Shown: positions 14,539-27,360 of the stretch, one piece after another
How the letters are laid out: each line of letters opens with the position of its first letter
How positions within the stretch are numbered: the first letter of the stretch is position 1
Assembly: GCF_009914755.1 (NCBI RefSeq)
Contig: NC_060925.1
Source: the human T2T-CHM13v2.0 reference genome, Homo sapiens
Direction: 5' to 3' (one strand)
DNA length: 64,000 nucleotides
The notes under the pieces: generated by a model
The model's input: only the letters and a program-made list of their open reading frames with translations
Told to the model about the DNA's origin: nothing
Database searches by the model: none
Program-made: the position numbers and the translations under genes

Positions 14539-15280
14539 GAGATGCAATGAGGCCTGTTTGTGAAGGGTCCTATACTCTGCATTCAGCATTCTGGACAGTT
14601 TCTTACAGAAGTGAGAGGGCCTCTGAGAATTTTGAGCAAGGTAGTTACCAGATAAGATTGTATTTTGGACTTTGTATATGATGGTGGTGTTGCATAAGGA
14701 CCAGAAGGACAAGAAAGTGAAAGTGATTAGCAGATGGTCATTTAAGAATTGTCTATAAACACAAGGGCTTGGACTAAGTCAAGCCTATATAAGATAGAAA
14801 ATGACATAAAAGATTTCATTCACATTCGGAGATGGACTATATAAAACCTTGTGACTAATTAGAAATGCAGAGTAAAAGGGTCAACAGTGTCAAGAGGACT
14901 CAGGTTAATGCCATTTACTGTGATAATTTTTAAAGTATTTAGAGGATAACAAATTTGAGTTTGGGTAAATACCTGAGGCTAACTGGATGGAAAACAGCTG
15001 AGCTACTTAAAAACATGAAATATAACCTATTACTTATGTTTTGGTTTGCCATGCATGGTATCTCCAGTACTGTAAAACTGGGATTCTATAAATGCCTTAT
15101 TTATAAATAGGATCCTAGAGCTCAAAGAGATTGTGACAATGCTGACTACTAGAAAGAGTTTGCTAAAATGTTATTCAATTGAAAACTGTGTATGAACTTT
15201 AGGATCATAAAAAGCTTGGTATACATTCTCCTTTCCTCTCTTAACAGCAACCACAAACTGGAATTTACCGATTAAAAATA

Positions 15281-15418
15281 TTATTATTTTTGAGTCAGAG
15301 TCTTGCTCTTTCACCCAGGCTGGAGTACAGTGGTGTGATCAATAGCTCATTGCAGACTCGAACCCCTCCTCAAGTGCCCCTCCTGCCTCAGCCTCCTAAG
15401 TAGCTGGTACCACAGGCA
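15281..15418 (-). mobile_element. Alu monomer fragment (AluJ/FLAM/FRAM)
   Basis: gagtcttgctct..cacccaggctggagtacagtgg..cctcagcctcctaagtagctgg. Confidence 0.88.
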
Positions 15419-17769
15419 GAAATTGAAAGACCAGTGGCCAAGGATCAAAGTATTCAATCAAGGTTGGGCAGTGACTTAGGATTAGCAGATGAGATCAGGT
15501 GGCATAATGGGAGGCAAAGTCAGTGTATAAGGTCAAGATGGTATAATGGAGGCAAGAACTTCAAAGACTGGTGAGTGAAAACTGTACAATAATGATTTGG
15601 AAGAAGCAGTGAAATAATAAAACAATTATAGTAACATCACAAATTTTGATTACATACAACAAGAATTTCATTTCTTGCTTTCAATTTTCATCCTTCTTCT
15701 ATATCTGTACAAGTCAGACTAGCCAGACTGAAATTGGAAGATGATATGGGCAATGGTTGACATAGATAGATATGTACACATCTCTTTACATATATACATA
15801 AAGTTACCTTTCACCACTGTCATTCTTGGCAGATAAAACACTATAATCACTTTATAGTTGAATGGCATATAATGCAATGAAAGGTCTTCACAAGAAAAAA
15901 AATTATGTTTTCACCTTTTTACTTTCTTTAGCAGTGATTAGTTCCAGAAATATAAGGTATCATCACTTCTCAAAAAGCGCTGTAGGTTATAAGATTGCTC
16001 TTCTGAAGTTGGCAACATGTAATAAATGTGCTTTATTCCTAAACATCAATCAGTTTCAAGAATGGCACTTGCTTGTAAAATGGTAATAATAGAAATAGTC
16101 AGCTAATAAGTACTATAGGCATTAAAACACTGGATGACAGGTGTGAAGACTTCTTGTTATAAAAGAATACTCTCTTATATAATTATGGTTTTATAACTAG
16201 TTACATCAGTTTCTAAATATTTAGTTTTTAAGATTTCTGTATCTTTTTTGGTAATGAAACTTATATGATAGTATTCTGTACTATCATATTTATAACAAAT
16301 AAAATATAGAGATATAGCCAAAAAAGACAATGAAAGTATTCTGGAGAGGTGTGATGGCTGTAGGTCATTTAATCTGAAGAGTAACAAATTTAAATAATTA
16401 TTAAAAGTGTTGCTTGAGAAGATATTAATTTGTTGTATAAGTATACAATTGAAAAATATTTGTGTAAGTCTTAAAATTACCATAAAATTAGAATGTTTCA
16501 GTAATTTATGAAATAGTTGCATGGATAAACTTTATTGAATGTGTGGTTTAGTAGAAACAAACAAAAAACACTCAAATACAAAACAAAAGGACACATGGTG
16601 ATTTTCATTTTCCAAAGCAAAACTTCACTCTGTGTCAAATAAACAGAAAAATCAGGTTCCTAACCTAAATGGAGTTATATTTTGCTGGAGAGAGGATCTG
16701 CAGACTGAACATAACTATATAATGTACGAAATCTAAATGCCAGGGGAATGTAGCAGACAGTCCAGAGGGAGTTCAGAGAGCAGGCAAGTTCCAGAAAGTA
16801 CATGGAGGCAGTAAGCATTTTAAGTACAAAATCAGATAAATGGACCACAGGCATATCAAACTTCAGAAATGTTTTCAAAGAAGGCATGCAAGTGAGAACA
16901 CATATTTTGTTTTCACAGAATGAAGAGATAATCGTTCACCATAAGTAAACAGTTTGTAAATGATCACTGAATTGTAGATAGGGGTGTAAATAGTTGCTGG
17001 ATTGTGAAGACTTAGTCTAGAATTGTGAAGACGTATGACAAACACATGACAAACAAGTCACTGGCAAAATGTCTGGAGTTCTCTTTCCATGTAGCTTTTC
17101 GAAGTAGATTCAGAAAAGGCTTTTAATATAAATTTGAAAGGAAAGAAAGGGAAGGGGAGCTAATGGATGCCTCTATGCGCTGGGCACTGTGATGGACACC
17201 TTTAACTTTAGAATACATTATTTTTATGACAGCTACTTTATTGTAAATATATGTATCTGCAATCACATCTATCCAAAATTAATGTAGAGATCCAACTGCA
17301 CAAATATGAGAAAATTAAGTATCAAGTGACACTTGCTAGTGTGGATGAAGTTATGATGACTTTCTTTGAGAAAATGATAAAAGACTATGCATCTTTTTTT
17401 TTTTTTTTTTTTTTAAAAAGAACAATTTGTGTCTCTCTCCTAACTTGCCAAGCAGGAAAATTCAAAGGGAAATTGTGCCAAATGACTATTTTATTTAAAG
17501 AAAATAGTTTGAGATGGCAGTTCCAAAATTACTTCTGAAGGTAGCAAAGGGTATGAATTTAGTTAAGAGATAAAACTGTGTTTTTAGAATTGAGAACTTA
17601 GGCTAGGCAGGCATTTGGCATACATTAGCTAATTTATTCCTCATAATAGCTCTATGAAGTCTGATTTTTGGCATTATCTTCAGTTCACAGTGAAGTTACT
17701 GAGGTCATCAGCTGGTGAGTGTGTTTCTGACATTAAAACTCCGTAAGTTTTTTTCATCATTCATGTGAC

Positions 17770-18110
17770 TTCTACCTGATAATTCCTTAAACACTAAACT
17801 ATTTGCTGTTTCTTGAAAATATCATAATTATTCACACCTCTGTGTGATTTCTCCTGCTATTCCTACTGCCTGAATTTTTTTTTGTTTTTGTCTTCTTCTC
17901 TTTGTTTGTTAAGGCTAATACCAAATATTACATCCTTTGGGGAGCACTCCTAGACCATCCTCAATCACCAGATTCCTTTCTTTTTGTTCTCTCTAGCATG
18001 AGTGGGAACAACATCTTGAATAATAGCAATACCCACCTGCCTCATCTTTTAATGTGTGAGCTCCGTAAGGGCAGGAGAAATGTCTAGTTACTACTTTGAC
18101 TGTAGGTATA
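17770..18110 (+). mobile_element. L2 fragment
   Basis: Degenerate L2 3' motifs (tgtgagctccgtaagggcagg). Confidence 0.6.
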
Positions 18111-18149
18111 TCCATTGGAAAGAAAATAAAGGTAATCTTTACGCACACT

Positions 18150-18335
18150 GGGCATGACCACATAAGCTCCTTAAGTTCTTTGAGTCTTGGTTTCCTCATA
18201 TATGAAATGAGGCCAATGGAAGTATCTATCTCATGTGAGTTAGATGAGCGATTGCATGTAAAATGCTCCACATAGGGTTGAACACATTGTAAGCCCTTAA
18301 TAAATGTCAGTTCTTACCAACATCATCACCTTTAT
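18150..18335 (+). mobile_element. MIR
   Basis: gagtcttggtttcctcatatatgaaatgagg ... catgtaaaatgct ... taataaatgtcag core. Confidence 0.8.
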
Positions 18336-20049
18336 CATTATTATTCCTAGTAATTAACAATTCGTTCTTCAACTTCCTGGACAATAAAAATGGGTTACAT
18401 TTTCCACTAAAACTTGAAGACAATTAATTTTAACTTTTTAAAATTCTAAAGTTTTGAGAGTAGTAATGAAAAATAATCTTTATTTCTTTTATGATCTATA
18501 TTTTGTCTTAACTTCTGAACGAAGCCTCTACAGAATTAGCAGTTTGGGATATATTTTCTTTTACCAGAAGCTATATAAAGAACAATATAATTCTTCTTAT
18601 TTCTTTTTCTTTTTTTAGGAGGTGAAAATTATAAGACATTTTCTGATAGAGAAGATAATATCAGACTTAGGTCTACAGCAGGTTCATTCTGGATCCATGC
18701 TGGGAGAGAAAACAATGAATGTTACACTTCATTTATAATTTCCACTGTGAACATGATAAGGGCTAGTATATTCTCAAATCAAATTAATCCACAATTCTAG
18801 CATTTAAGATACAGTGCAAATCCCTAATTCAAGTATACAGTATCACCTACAAAGCCAAAATAAATGGGGTAAGATAACAGTTCTCAGTGTTGGGTTATAG
18901 TGTCAATGCAAGACTTGAGCTGTGTTAATTCAACAAGCTTGATCTTGATTGCCAAAGCATGCTTGTCAATATTTAGCTCCCAGAGGGCATGTCAGGGGCC
19001 TTTACAGAAACTAGCTTAAATACAAAATACTATAGCAGGATTTGTGATCCTTTTCCTAATACTCAGATTAAACTGCTGATTTTCTTTCTTTTAGCTTTTT
19101 AAACCAAGAACGTGTTTTCCATACTCCTATGGTAACAAGAAGAGAAGAAATTGCATAGAAGAATTGTAAATGCTATTATTAGAGTTCCTTGAAACCCAGA
19201 TAAAATTCTGTCACATGAAATCACTATAAAGCTTTTATCTGAGGTCTGAAATACCATTTCCCCACTATGATTACAATATAGAAAAAGGCTTGGAAAAAAA
19301 TGTTAATCTTTATTCAAAAACAAATGTAATACAGATGAGATGATGGGTAATGATTCCCACAAACTTAAAAACAAATAGTTTACAATTTTAATAACTCTGC
19401 ACTTAGAATCTTCTGCTACAAGGATGCTGTGAGGTTTTGAAGCTTATATAGCCATTATTATTTATTATTTAAGGGTTGAACCATTAAAACAATTACACTT
19501 AAGAAAATATAGTGGGAATCAGTAGTACACTGATGAAAACCTATACCCTCTATGGTGATTAAGTATAATACATGATGTGAAAAATAGCATTTTTCCAAAT
19601 TAATACATTTGTTTGCCTTCTAACTTTTATTCCTCATTAGATATCAATTAATTGGACATCTACATTCTCCTTTTCACTGAACCTGACAAAACATTCTATG
19701 AGATTGGGTATGGTGAGATTCTGACCAAAATATTTCCAAAACAAACAAAATAAACCCTACCACCACAACAAAAACATGTTAAACACATACTTCAGATAAT
19801 TGAAAAATTACCCCCTTCATTTGATGATCAAAATTTTAATATATGTCAAGTACTTATAACATGGCTGAAAATAGCCCTTGATATTATCTTTTTTCTTTTA
19901 TCTATTTTTTTCTAAAATAATGACTAAAGATAAAATCAGATCAATGCTGCAACAATGAGAATCAGGCTGAAATGGAAGAGCCAGATCATGATCTAGATTC
20001 TTTTGGTTACCTACAGATAGCTATGACTGCCAATTCTGAATCTTAATAG

Positions 20050-20368
<319 letters not shown>

Positions 20369-21034
20369 AACCCTTCTCTTCCCACTTTATACATTTCTGA
20401 ATTGAAAATTCCAGTGATTTGTCGAAACAATACCGTTTCCATTAATCATATTTGTTTTACTAAGCTAAGACAAATGCATAAGCCACATCCCTAAATCCTA
20501 TTTTAACTTTTACACAGTAATAAATTTTTCCATCATTGTCCCTAACTTAAGCTTCCTAAATGTCAGCTGATCTTCACAATTACCATATTTTATAGATAAT
20601 AAATTGTGCTCAGATGGATCAAAACAGCACAATTCAACACCACAAGGCAAAGCTAATTTATATTTAAATTGGGACTCGAACCTGGGTCTGCTGACTACAA
20701 CTTTTTGCTGTCTTTATCCACACATCAGATATTTCTTGATCAAGGCAAAGCTTAAATATAAAACCACTATGACTTCGAGACCTGAAAGTGTTTTTGTTTT
20801 CAGAGAAATGTTATTCCTCAGCATGTGTCAAAGATATGGTTATGAGAAAGACAAAACTTTATAGTTTTCAGTTATATTTTGCCTTGTCCCTTCAATTTTT
20901 ACCCCAATAGATAGTAATAGCAAGACTGTCCCGTTCATCCGTGGACAGTGCCATTATTAGATACTAGGAATCCTCGTTATAAATTACATCATACCACTTT
21001 CACCTTGTTTATCAGACTCCTGCCTCACTGATAC

Positions 21035-21420
21035 TTGTTGTTTCTTAAATTCCCAAGCTCATGGTAGTAGGTCCTTTGCATGACCTTTTCCCTCTTCTTG
21101 GTGTTCTAAATCCATATTATTGCATGATTGGCACTGTTCATACAAGTCTTAGCCCAAATGTCATTTCTCAAAGACATCTTCTCTGACCCCTAATCTAAAG
21201 TCCCATCTCTTTTTCTATCACAATTATACCACCTAGTTTTGCTATTTTCATAACAGTTAGAGGTATTTGAGATTATTCTTATGTATTTTTTATTCTCTCC
21301 TCCCCACAGCAATCCCTGCTTCCTGTCTGCTCAATGCTCTACGCTCAGAATTTAGAACAGCACCTGGCATATGGTAGGCTCTTTTACAAATATATGTTTA
21401 ATGGATAAATAATTGAATCA
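21035..21420 (+). mobile_element. L2a 3' end
   Basis: caaatgtcatttctc...tttagaacagcacctggcatatggtagg...aaatatatgtttaatggataaat. Confidence 0.82.
21310..21373 (+). ncRNA. DPYD-AS1: Candidate 64-nt antisense lncRNA exon exonised from an L2 3' end (probably DPYD-AS1)
   Basis: Strong acceptor tattttttattctctcctccccacAG (21308-09) and donor ATG|GTaggc (21374). Assignment to DPYD-AS1 is recollection plus inference. Confidence 0.55.
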
Positions 21421-22350
21421 GAGCATTTTAACATCTAGATGTAATATATCTTACAAGAATTGTTTTAAGAATAACATTTGTCTTTATCAGTCCCACCTGT
21501 GGGAGTTTGAATGTGGTAGAATTTGTGTCATTGTGATGTACAAAAAATCTTATTATCTGTTTTTTATTATGTAGTGTATAGTTTTTATATCACTACTGTT
21601 TGAGATAAATGTGACCTTTTAATCTTCTTATTAAACTTTTAAATACAATTTTTTCTTTAATCATTCCAGGTCTCTGACTAACATGCTCAATTTCAAACAT
21701 GTACTCTATCTACTCATAAGTTAGAAAATTTTGATACTCTCCACTTAGATGACTAAGTTTCTAAGAAAACCCCATCACTCTATTTTGGTCTAAATTTGAT
21801 TCCTTTACTCAGAAGTTTACAAATTAAACTTTCTATATGAGATGCATTCTACAGCATTTTAATTGGTAAATACATTGTGCTTTAAGTAAAGGTAAAAATT
21901 ACTTTTAAAGTCACATGAATTTAGACAAATAGTACTACACAATAAAGTTACTGCTGATCACCAGGTTTTTTAGCTAATAGGGACATCTAGAAATAAATAA
22001 ACTTAATCTAAGTTTCACAATAATTAGCTCATAATATTTTTAGTAGAATATGAATTTCAGGGATATCCTGTGTTATAAAATCTGTGTCATTTGTTCCTTT
22101 GAGTTCAGAAGGGTATTAATAAATGCCCCTAGGCAGCAGTATCCAATTGGCTTAGCATATCAAGGGAGAATACTAACTAGAGAATGAAAAATAGCACATT
22201 AGTGTTCAGAATGCTCATCTATTAAGAGAAGATACGTCTGCACCATGGAGAGAGGGTACAAGGACATCAAGACAAAATCTAGGAGTGCTATCTAATATCA
22301 ATTAAACAAATCATTGCTGTGTCCTGCAGTTCAGGGTTCTGCATCTTTGG

Positions 22351-25300
22351 TGTCTTAATCTGCTTTATGCTGCTATAACAGAATACTATAGACTGGGTAA
22401 TTTGTAATGAACAGATATTCATTTCTTTTTTTATTATTATTATACGTTAAGTTCTAGGGTACATGTGCACAACGGGCAGGTTTGTTACATAGGTATACAT
22501 GTGCCATGTTGGTTTGCTGCACCCATTAACTCGTCATTTACATTAAGTATTTCTCCTAATGCTATCCCTCCCCCTGCCCCCCACCTCATGACAGGCCCCA
22601 GTGTCTGATGTTCTCTGCCCTGTGTCCAAGTGTTCTCATCGTTCAATTCCTACCTACGAGTGAGAACATGGGGTGTTTGGTTTTTTGGCCTTGTGATAAT
22701 TTGCTCAGAATGATGACTTCCAGATTCATTCATGTCTCTGCAAAGGACATGAACTCATCCTTTTTTATAGCTGCATAGTATTCCACGGTGTATATGTGCC
22801 ACATTTTCTTAATCCAGTCTATCATTGATAGACATTTGGGTTGGTTCCAAGTCTTTGCTATTGTGAACAGTGCTGCAATAAACATACAGGTGCATGTGTC
22901 TTTATAGTAACATGATTTGTAATCCTTTGGGTATATACCCCGTAATGGGATCACTGGGTCAAATGGTATTTCTAGTTCTAGATCCTTGAGGAATTGCCAC
23001 ACTGTCTTCCACAATGGTTGAACTAGTTTACACTCCCACCAACAGTGTAAAAGTGTTTCTATTTCTCCACATCCTCTCCAGCATCTGTTGTTTCCTGACT
23101 TTTTAATGACTGCCATTGTAACTGGTGTGAGATGGTATCTCATTGTGGTTTTTATTTGCATTTCTCTGATGACCAGTGATGATGAGCATTTTTTTCATGT
23201 GTCTGTTGGCTGCATAAATGTCTTCTTTTGAGAAGTGCCTGTTCATATCCTTTGCCCACTTTTTGATCAAGTGGAAGAAAGGGTATCAGTGATTGAAGAT
23301 CAGATTCATTTCTTACAGTTTCAGATTGAAGATCAGATTCATTTTTTACAGTTCCAGAAGCTGGGAAATCCAAGGTCAAGGGGCCTGCATCTGGTGAGAG
23401 CCTTCCTGCTGTGTCATCCCACGGTGGAAGGCAGAATGGCACAGGCGCACACAAGAGAGAAAGAGATTGAACTGGCAGCCTCAAGCGCTTTTATAATGGG
23501 CATTAATCCATTCATGAGGGTGGAGCTTTATGGCTTATCACCTCTCAGGAATCACCCTCATGAATGGGCATTAATCCATTCATGAGGGTGGAGACTTATG
23601 GCCTAATCACCTCACACCTCTTATTGCTGTTGCATTGGGGATTAAGCTTCCAACAAATGCTTTTGGGGGACACATTCAAACCACAGCATTCCACCATGGT
23701 CCCTCAAAATCATGTCCTTCTCATATACAAAATATGTTCATTCCATCCCAATGGCTTTAACCCATTCCAGCACGAACTCCTAAGTCCAAAGTCCAGAGTG
23801 TCATGAAAGTCAGATATGGGGGAAACCCAAGGCACAATTCATCTTGAGGCAAATTCCCATCAGTCTGGGAAATCGAACAAGTTATCTACTTCCAAAAACA
23901 CAATGGTGAGACAAGCATAGGATAGACATTCCCGTTCCAAAAGAAAGAAATAGGCAAGAAAAAAGGAGTAACTTGTTTCATGTAAGTCCAAACCACAAGA
24001 AGGGAACATTAAATTTTAAAGCTAGAGAATAATATGTTTTGACTCTATGTCCCACCTCCTGGACACACTGGGGCAGGGGTTGGGCCCCTAGGGATTGGGC
24101 AGCCCTGTTTATGGCTTTGATGGGTTCAGTACACTCAGCAGCTCTCACAATTTGGCGTCTTATGCCCGCAGTTCTCCTAGGCTACAGTTGCATGCTGGTG
24201 GCACCACAGTTCTGGGGTCCAGGGACTGCCTCACTCCCATGGCTCTACTAAGTAATGTCAAAGTGGGGATTCCCTGCAGTAGTCTCACTCCTGCACTCTG
24301 CTGTGCATTGCCCTAGTAATAGCTCTTTGCAGTGGCTCTGTGCCTATGACAAGTCTCTTCTTAGGGACCCAGGCTAACCGAGAGATCCTTTGAAATCTAG
24401 GTGGAGGGTGCCATGGCCCCAGAGCTCCTGTATTCTATATTCTTGAAGAATTAGCACTATGTGGACACTGTGAAGGTTTGCAGCTTATACCTTCTGGAGT
24501 GATGGATCAAGGTGCCCCTAGGATTGCTTGAGCCACTGCTGGGGAAGCTGAGGGTGATGGACAAAAATTCAGGGAACAAAGTCTCAAGATAGTGCAGGGC
24601 ACCTAATGCTGAGGTCCGATATGAGCCCCTGTCTAGAAACCCTGCCTTCAATGTCCTACCTAACTTGCCTTGAAGATCTCAGAAATGCCTCCATGGTCAT
24701 TCTCCCATAGTCTTGATGAATAAAACCTGGATTTCTTCTATCCATATTAATCTCTTTAGCAAACAGTCGCTTAGCCACACACTTAGTATTCCCTCCTGAA
24801 CACATTCTTTTATTCTTTATGTGGCTAAGTTGAGAGTTTTTCAATGTTTTCTGTTCTGTTTCCCTTTTAATTATAAGTTCCATCTTTAAAACATTTCTCT
24901 CTCTCATTTTACTGTAAGCTGCCACCATATAGCACCTTGAATGCTTTGTTGCTTAGATATTTATCCTGCCAGATGTTGTTTAGATAGTTCTTCTTAAGTT
25001 CTGTCTTCCACGAAATCCTAGAACATAGACACAATTCTACCACATTTTTTTTTGCAACTGCACAAGGATAGCTTTTTACTCAAGTCTCCAATACCACATT
25101 CGTTATTTCCATCTGAAATCTTATCAGAATGCCCCTTACCATCCACATTTCTACAACATTCTGATTATGACCACCTAAGTAATCCCTAAGAAGATTTAGG
25201 CTCTCCCTGTAGCTCTTGTCTTCTTCTGAGCCCTCACCAGAATTGTCCTGAAAGCTCTATTCATGGAAACCTAGGCTTTTTCTAGCCTTCTCCTCCAAAC

Positions 25301-25788
25301 TGTTCTAGCCTCTACCCGTTACCCAGTTCCAAAGTCATTTCCACATTTTCAGATATTTGTTATAGCAGCAGTCACACTTCTCGGTACCAATTTCCTGTCT
25401 TAGTCCATTTTATAGTGTTTTAACAGAATACCAAAGACTGGGTAATTTATAATGAACAGAGATTTATTTCTTATAGTTCCAAAGGCTGGGAAGTCGGTGG
25501 TTGAGGTGCTGGCTGATTCAGTTCCTGGTGAGGGCTCTCTTCCTAGCTTGGAGATGGCTGCTTTCTCACTGCGTCCTCACTCACATGGTAGAGAGAGAGC
25601 TCTGATATCTCTTCCTCTTCTTATAAAGTCACCAGCCCTATTGCATTAGGGACCCACCCTTATGACTTCATTTAACTTTCAGCACCTCTTCACAGGCTTT
25701 ATCTCCAAATACAGTCACATTGGAGGTTAGGAGGTTAGGGCTTCAACATATGAACTTTGGAGGGAGGGGCACAATTCAGTACACAGCG
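22351..25788 (-). mobile_element. MaLR (MST-type) provirus: LTR 22351-23688, internal 23689-25395, LTR 25396-25788
   Basis: Two LTRs starting tgtctta.tc flank ~1.7 kb of MST-int-like sequence. The left LTR is interrupted by L1PA6. The right LTR switches to MLT1B-like sequence. Confidence 0.9.
22428..23303 (-). mobile_element. 5'-truncated L1PA6-like LINE-1 with a ~40-bp inverted ORF1 piece
   Basis: T-tail at 22428, then 3'UTR and ORF2 C-terminus (track ORF 22730-23161). 23265-23303 is forward ORF1 sequence. TSD attcatttctt at 22417-27 / 23304-14. Confidence 0.92.
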
Positions 25789-26754
25789 CTCAATATCTTT
25801 CCAAGTAAATTACTTCATCAGCAAATTTATGATAAGATTTAATTGCCCAAATTCCCTCTGAAAAGCATATGAGATTATGTCACATCATTTGGCTCAAATG
25901 AAGAACTGTAAACTCTTCCATATTTCAGGTGCTTTTCGGAGGGACATAGGTTATAAGCACCACGAAGGCCTGGGGCCATGTATGTTTCCTTCATGCCATT
26001 CCAGCAGAGTGGCATATAGAAAGCACTCTATTTGTTAAAGGAAGAGAGGAGGCAAGAAAAGTAGTAAAGAAAGCAATAGAATCACTAACAATTTCCCATT
26101 AGGAGTCTAAATTCATAAACAACCGGAGAATGGGTTTAGTCTTCCCAAAGGAAAGATATATGGTCATCTTGCGGTTGAGAGGCATCATAATATTCCAGTA
26201 GAATGTGTATAGACTATAATTTTTTATTCTTCCCTACCCCAATCTGTGTTCTTGCAATATCTCAACCAAGTGCTGATATTTCTCATATTCAAGCTATTCC
26301 TTTGTGTTAAATCTAGAAAAATCTAATTAAAACACACACACATTTTCTGTGAAAGATCATTAACTACAACATTTACACCATTCCCCATTCATATGGACCT
26401 GTGCTCTAAAGGCTGTGAGAGGGTAAAACATGGGGCTGGTAAGCTCTGCTGCAAGTGTGGGGCCAGAAAATATTTCATATATAAACAATTGCTACATAAG
26501 GTAGAGTTTGGGAGAAAAATGTTTGTCTCAAATGAAGAAAGGTGCTGTGAACACTGGGAATTTGTCTGCTAAAAGAGGAAGTAAAAGTGAGAGGGACAAA
26601 GATAAACTTTGTCTGGTTATGTTCTTCAAGAGCCATCCTTGCCTATTTAAACAGTTTAAGGAGAAGTTAGTTATGTAAGTTCTCTCACAAACTCTTACAT
26701 ATTTCGAGCAAATTTATTCAGGAAGATTTCTGCTCTTAATACCTGCCTCTTTTA

Positions 26755-27360
26755 TTCTTTCCCCAAGTGTTTATTGAGTGCCTACTACTACATACCAGGT
26801 ACTTTGCTAATGCAAGATTTAAAAAATGACCAAGAGGACATTTCTGTGCTGAAAGAACTTGCAAACTGCTAAAAGAGAAATGCAGTAACCACACAAAATG
26901 ATAAGTCCTTTGACAGAAACACACTGAAAGTATGTTTCCCATCAAAGGAAGCATCAAATTCAGCTAAAGAATTCATAGAGAAGGTTTGTTGGCACATTGA
27001 AGGAAGCTGGGATTTCCCCAGACAAGAGATAAGGCACGGAGTGTGGGGAGCATGGTGCATTAGAGAGTAGAACAGTTCCCTCTGACTGGAGCACAGCTGA
27101 GCCTGGGGGCAGGCAGGGAAAGCTAAGGATAGAAACGTTCTTAGGAATGAGCTTGTGGACATCATTAACAAGGATTTTGAAAATAAAAGAAAATTAAATG
27201 TAGTGTAGAGAATGGACAGAAGGGAGAGAAATAAAATAAAATCAGGAAGAAGTTAATTGCAGTATTCCCAGAGATAATCTTGTGGAATTAGACAAAAAGG
27301 ACCAGCTCAGAAAAACTTTAAGCAAGTAGGTTCTTTGGGCTTTAGAGATCAATCAGATAT
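26755..27360 (-). mobile_element. L2 3' fragment
   Basis: aagtgtttattgagtgcctactac..ccaggtactttgcta and downstream L2-like sequence. Confidence 0.72.

Noticed and set aside
18595-18675. Strong plus-strand acceptor at 18617-18
   Set aside because: No convincing donor nearby, and pyrimidine tracts are common here.
23291-23615. CRISPR-like repeats
   Set aside because: Only two-copy duplications without spacers, inside a primate LTR.
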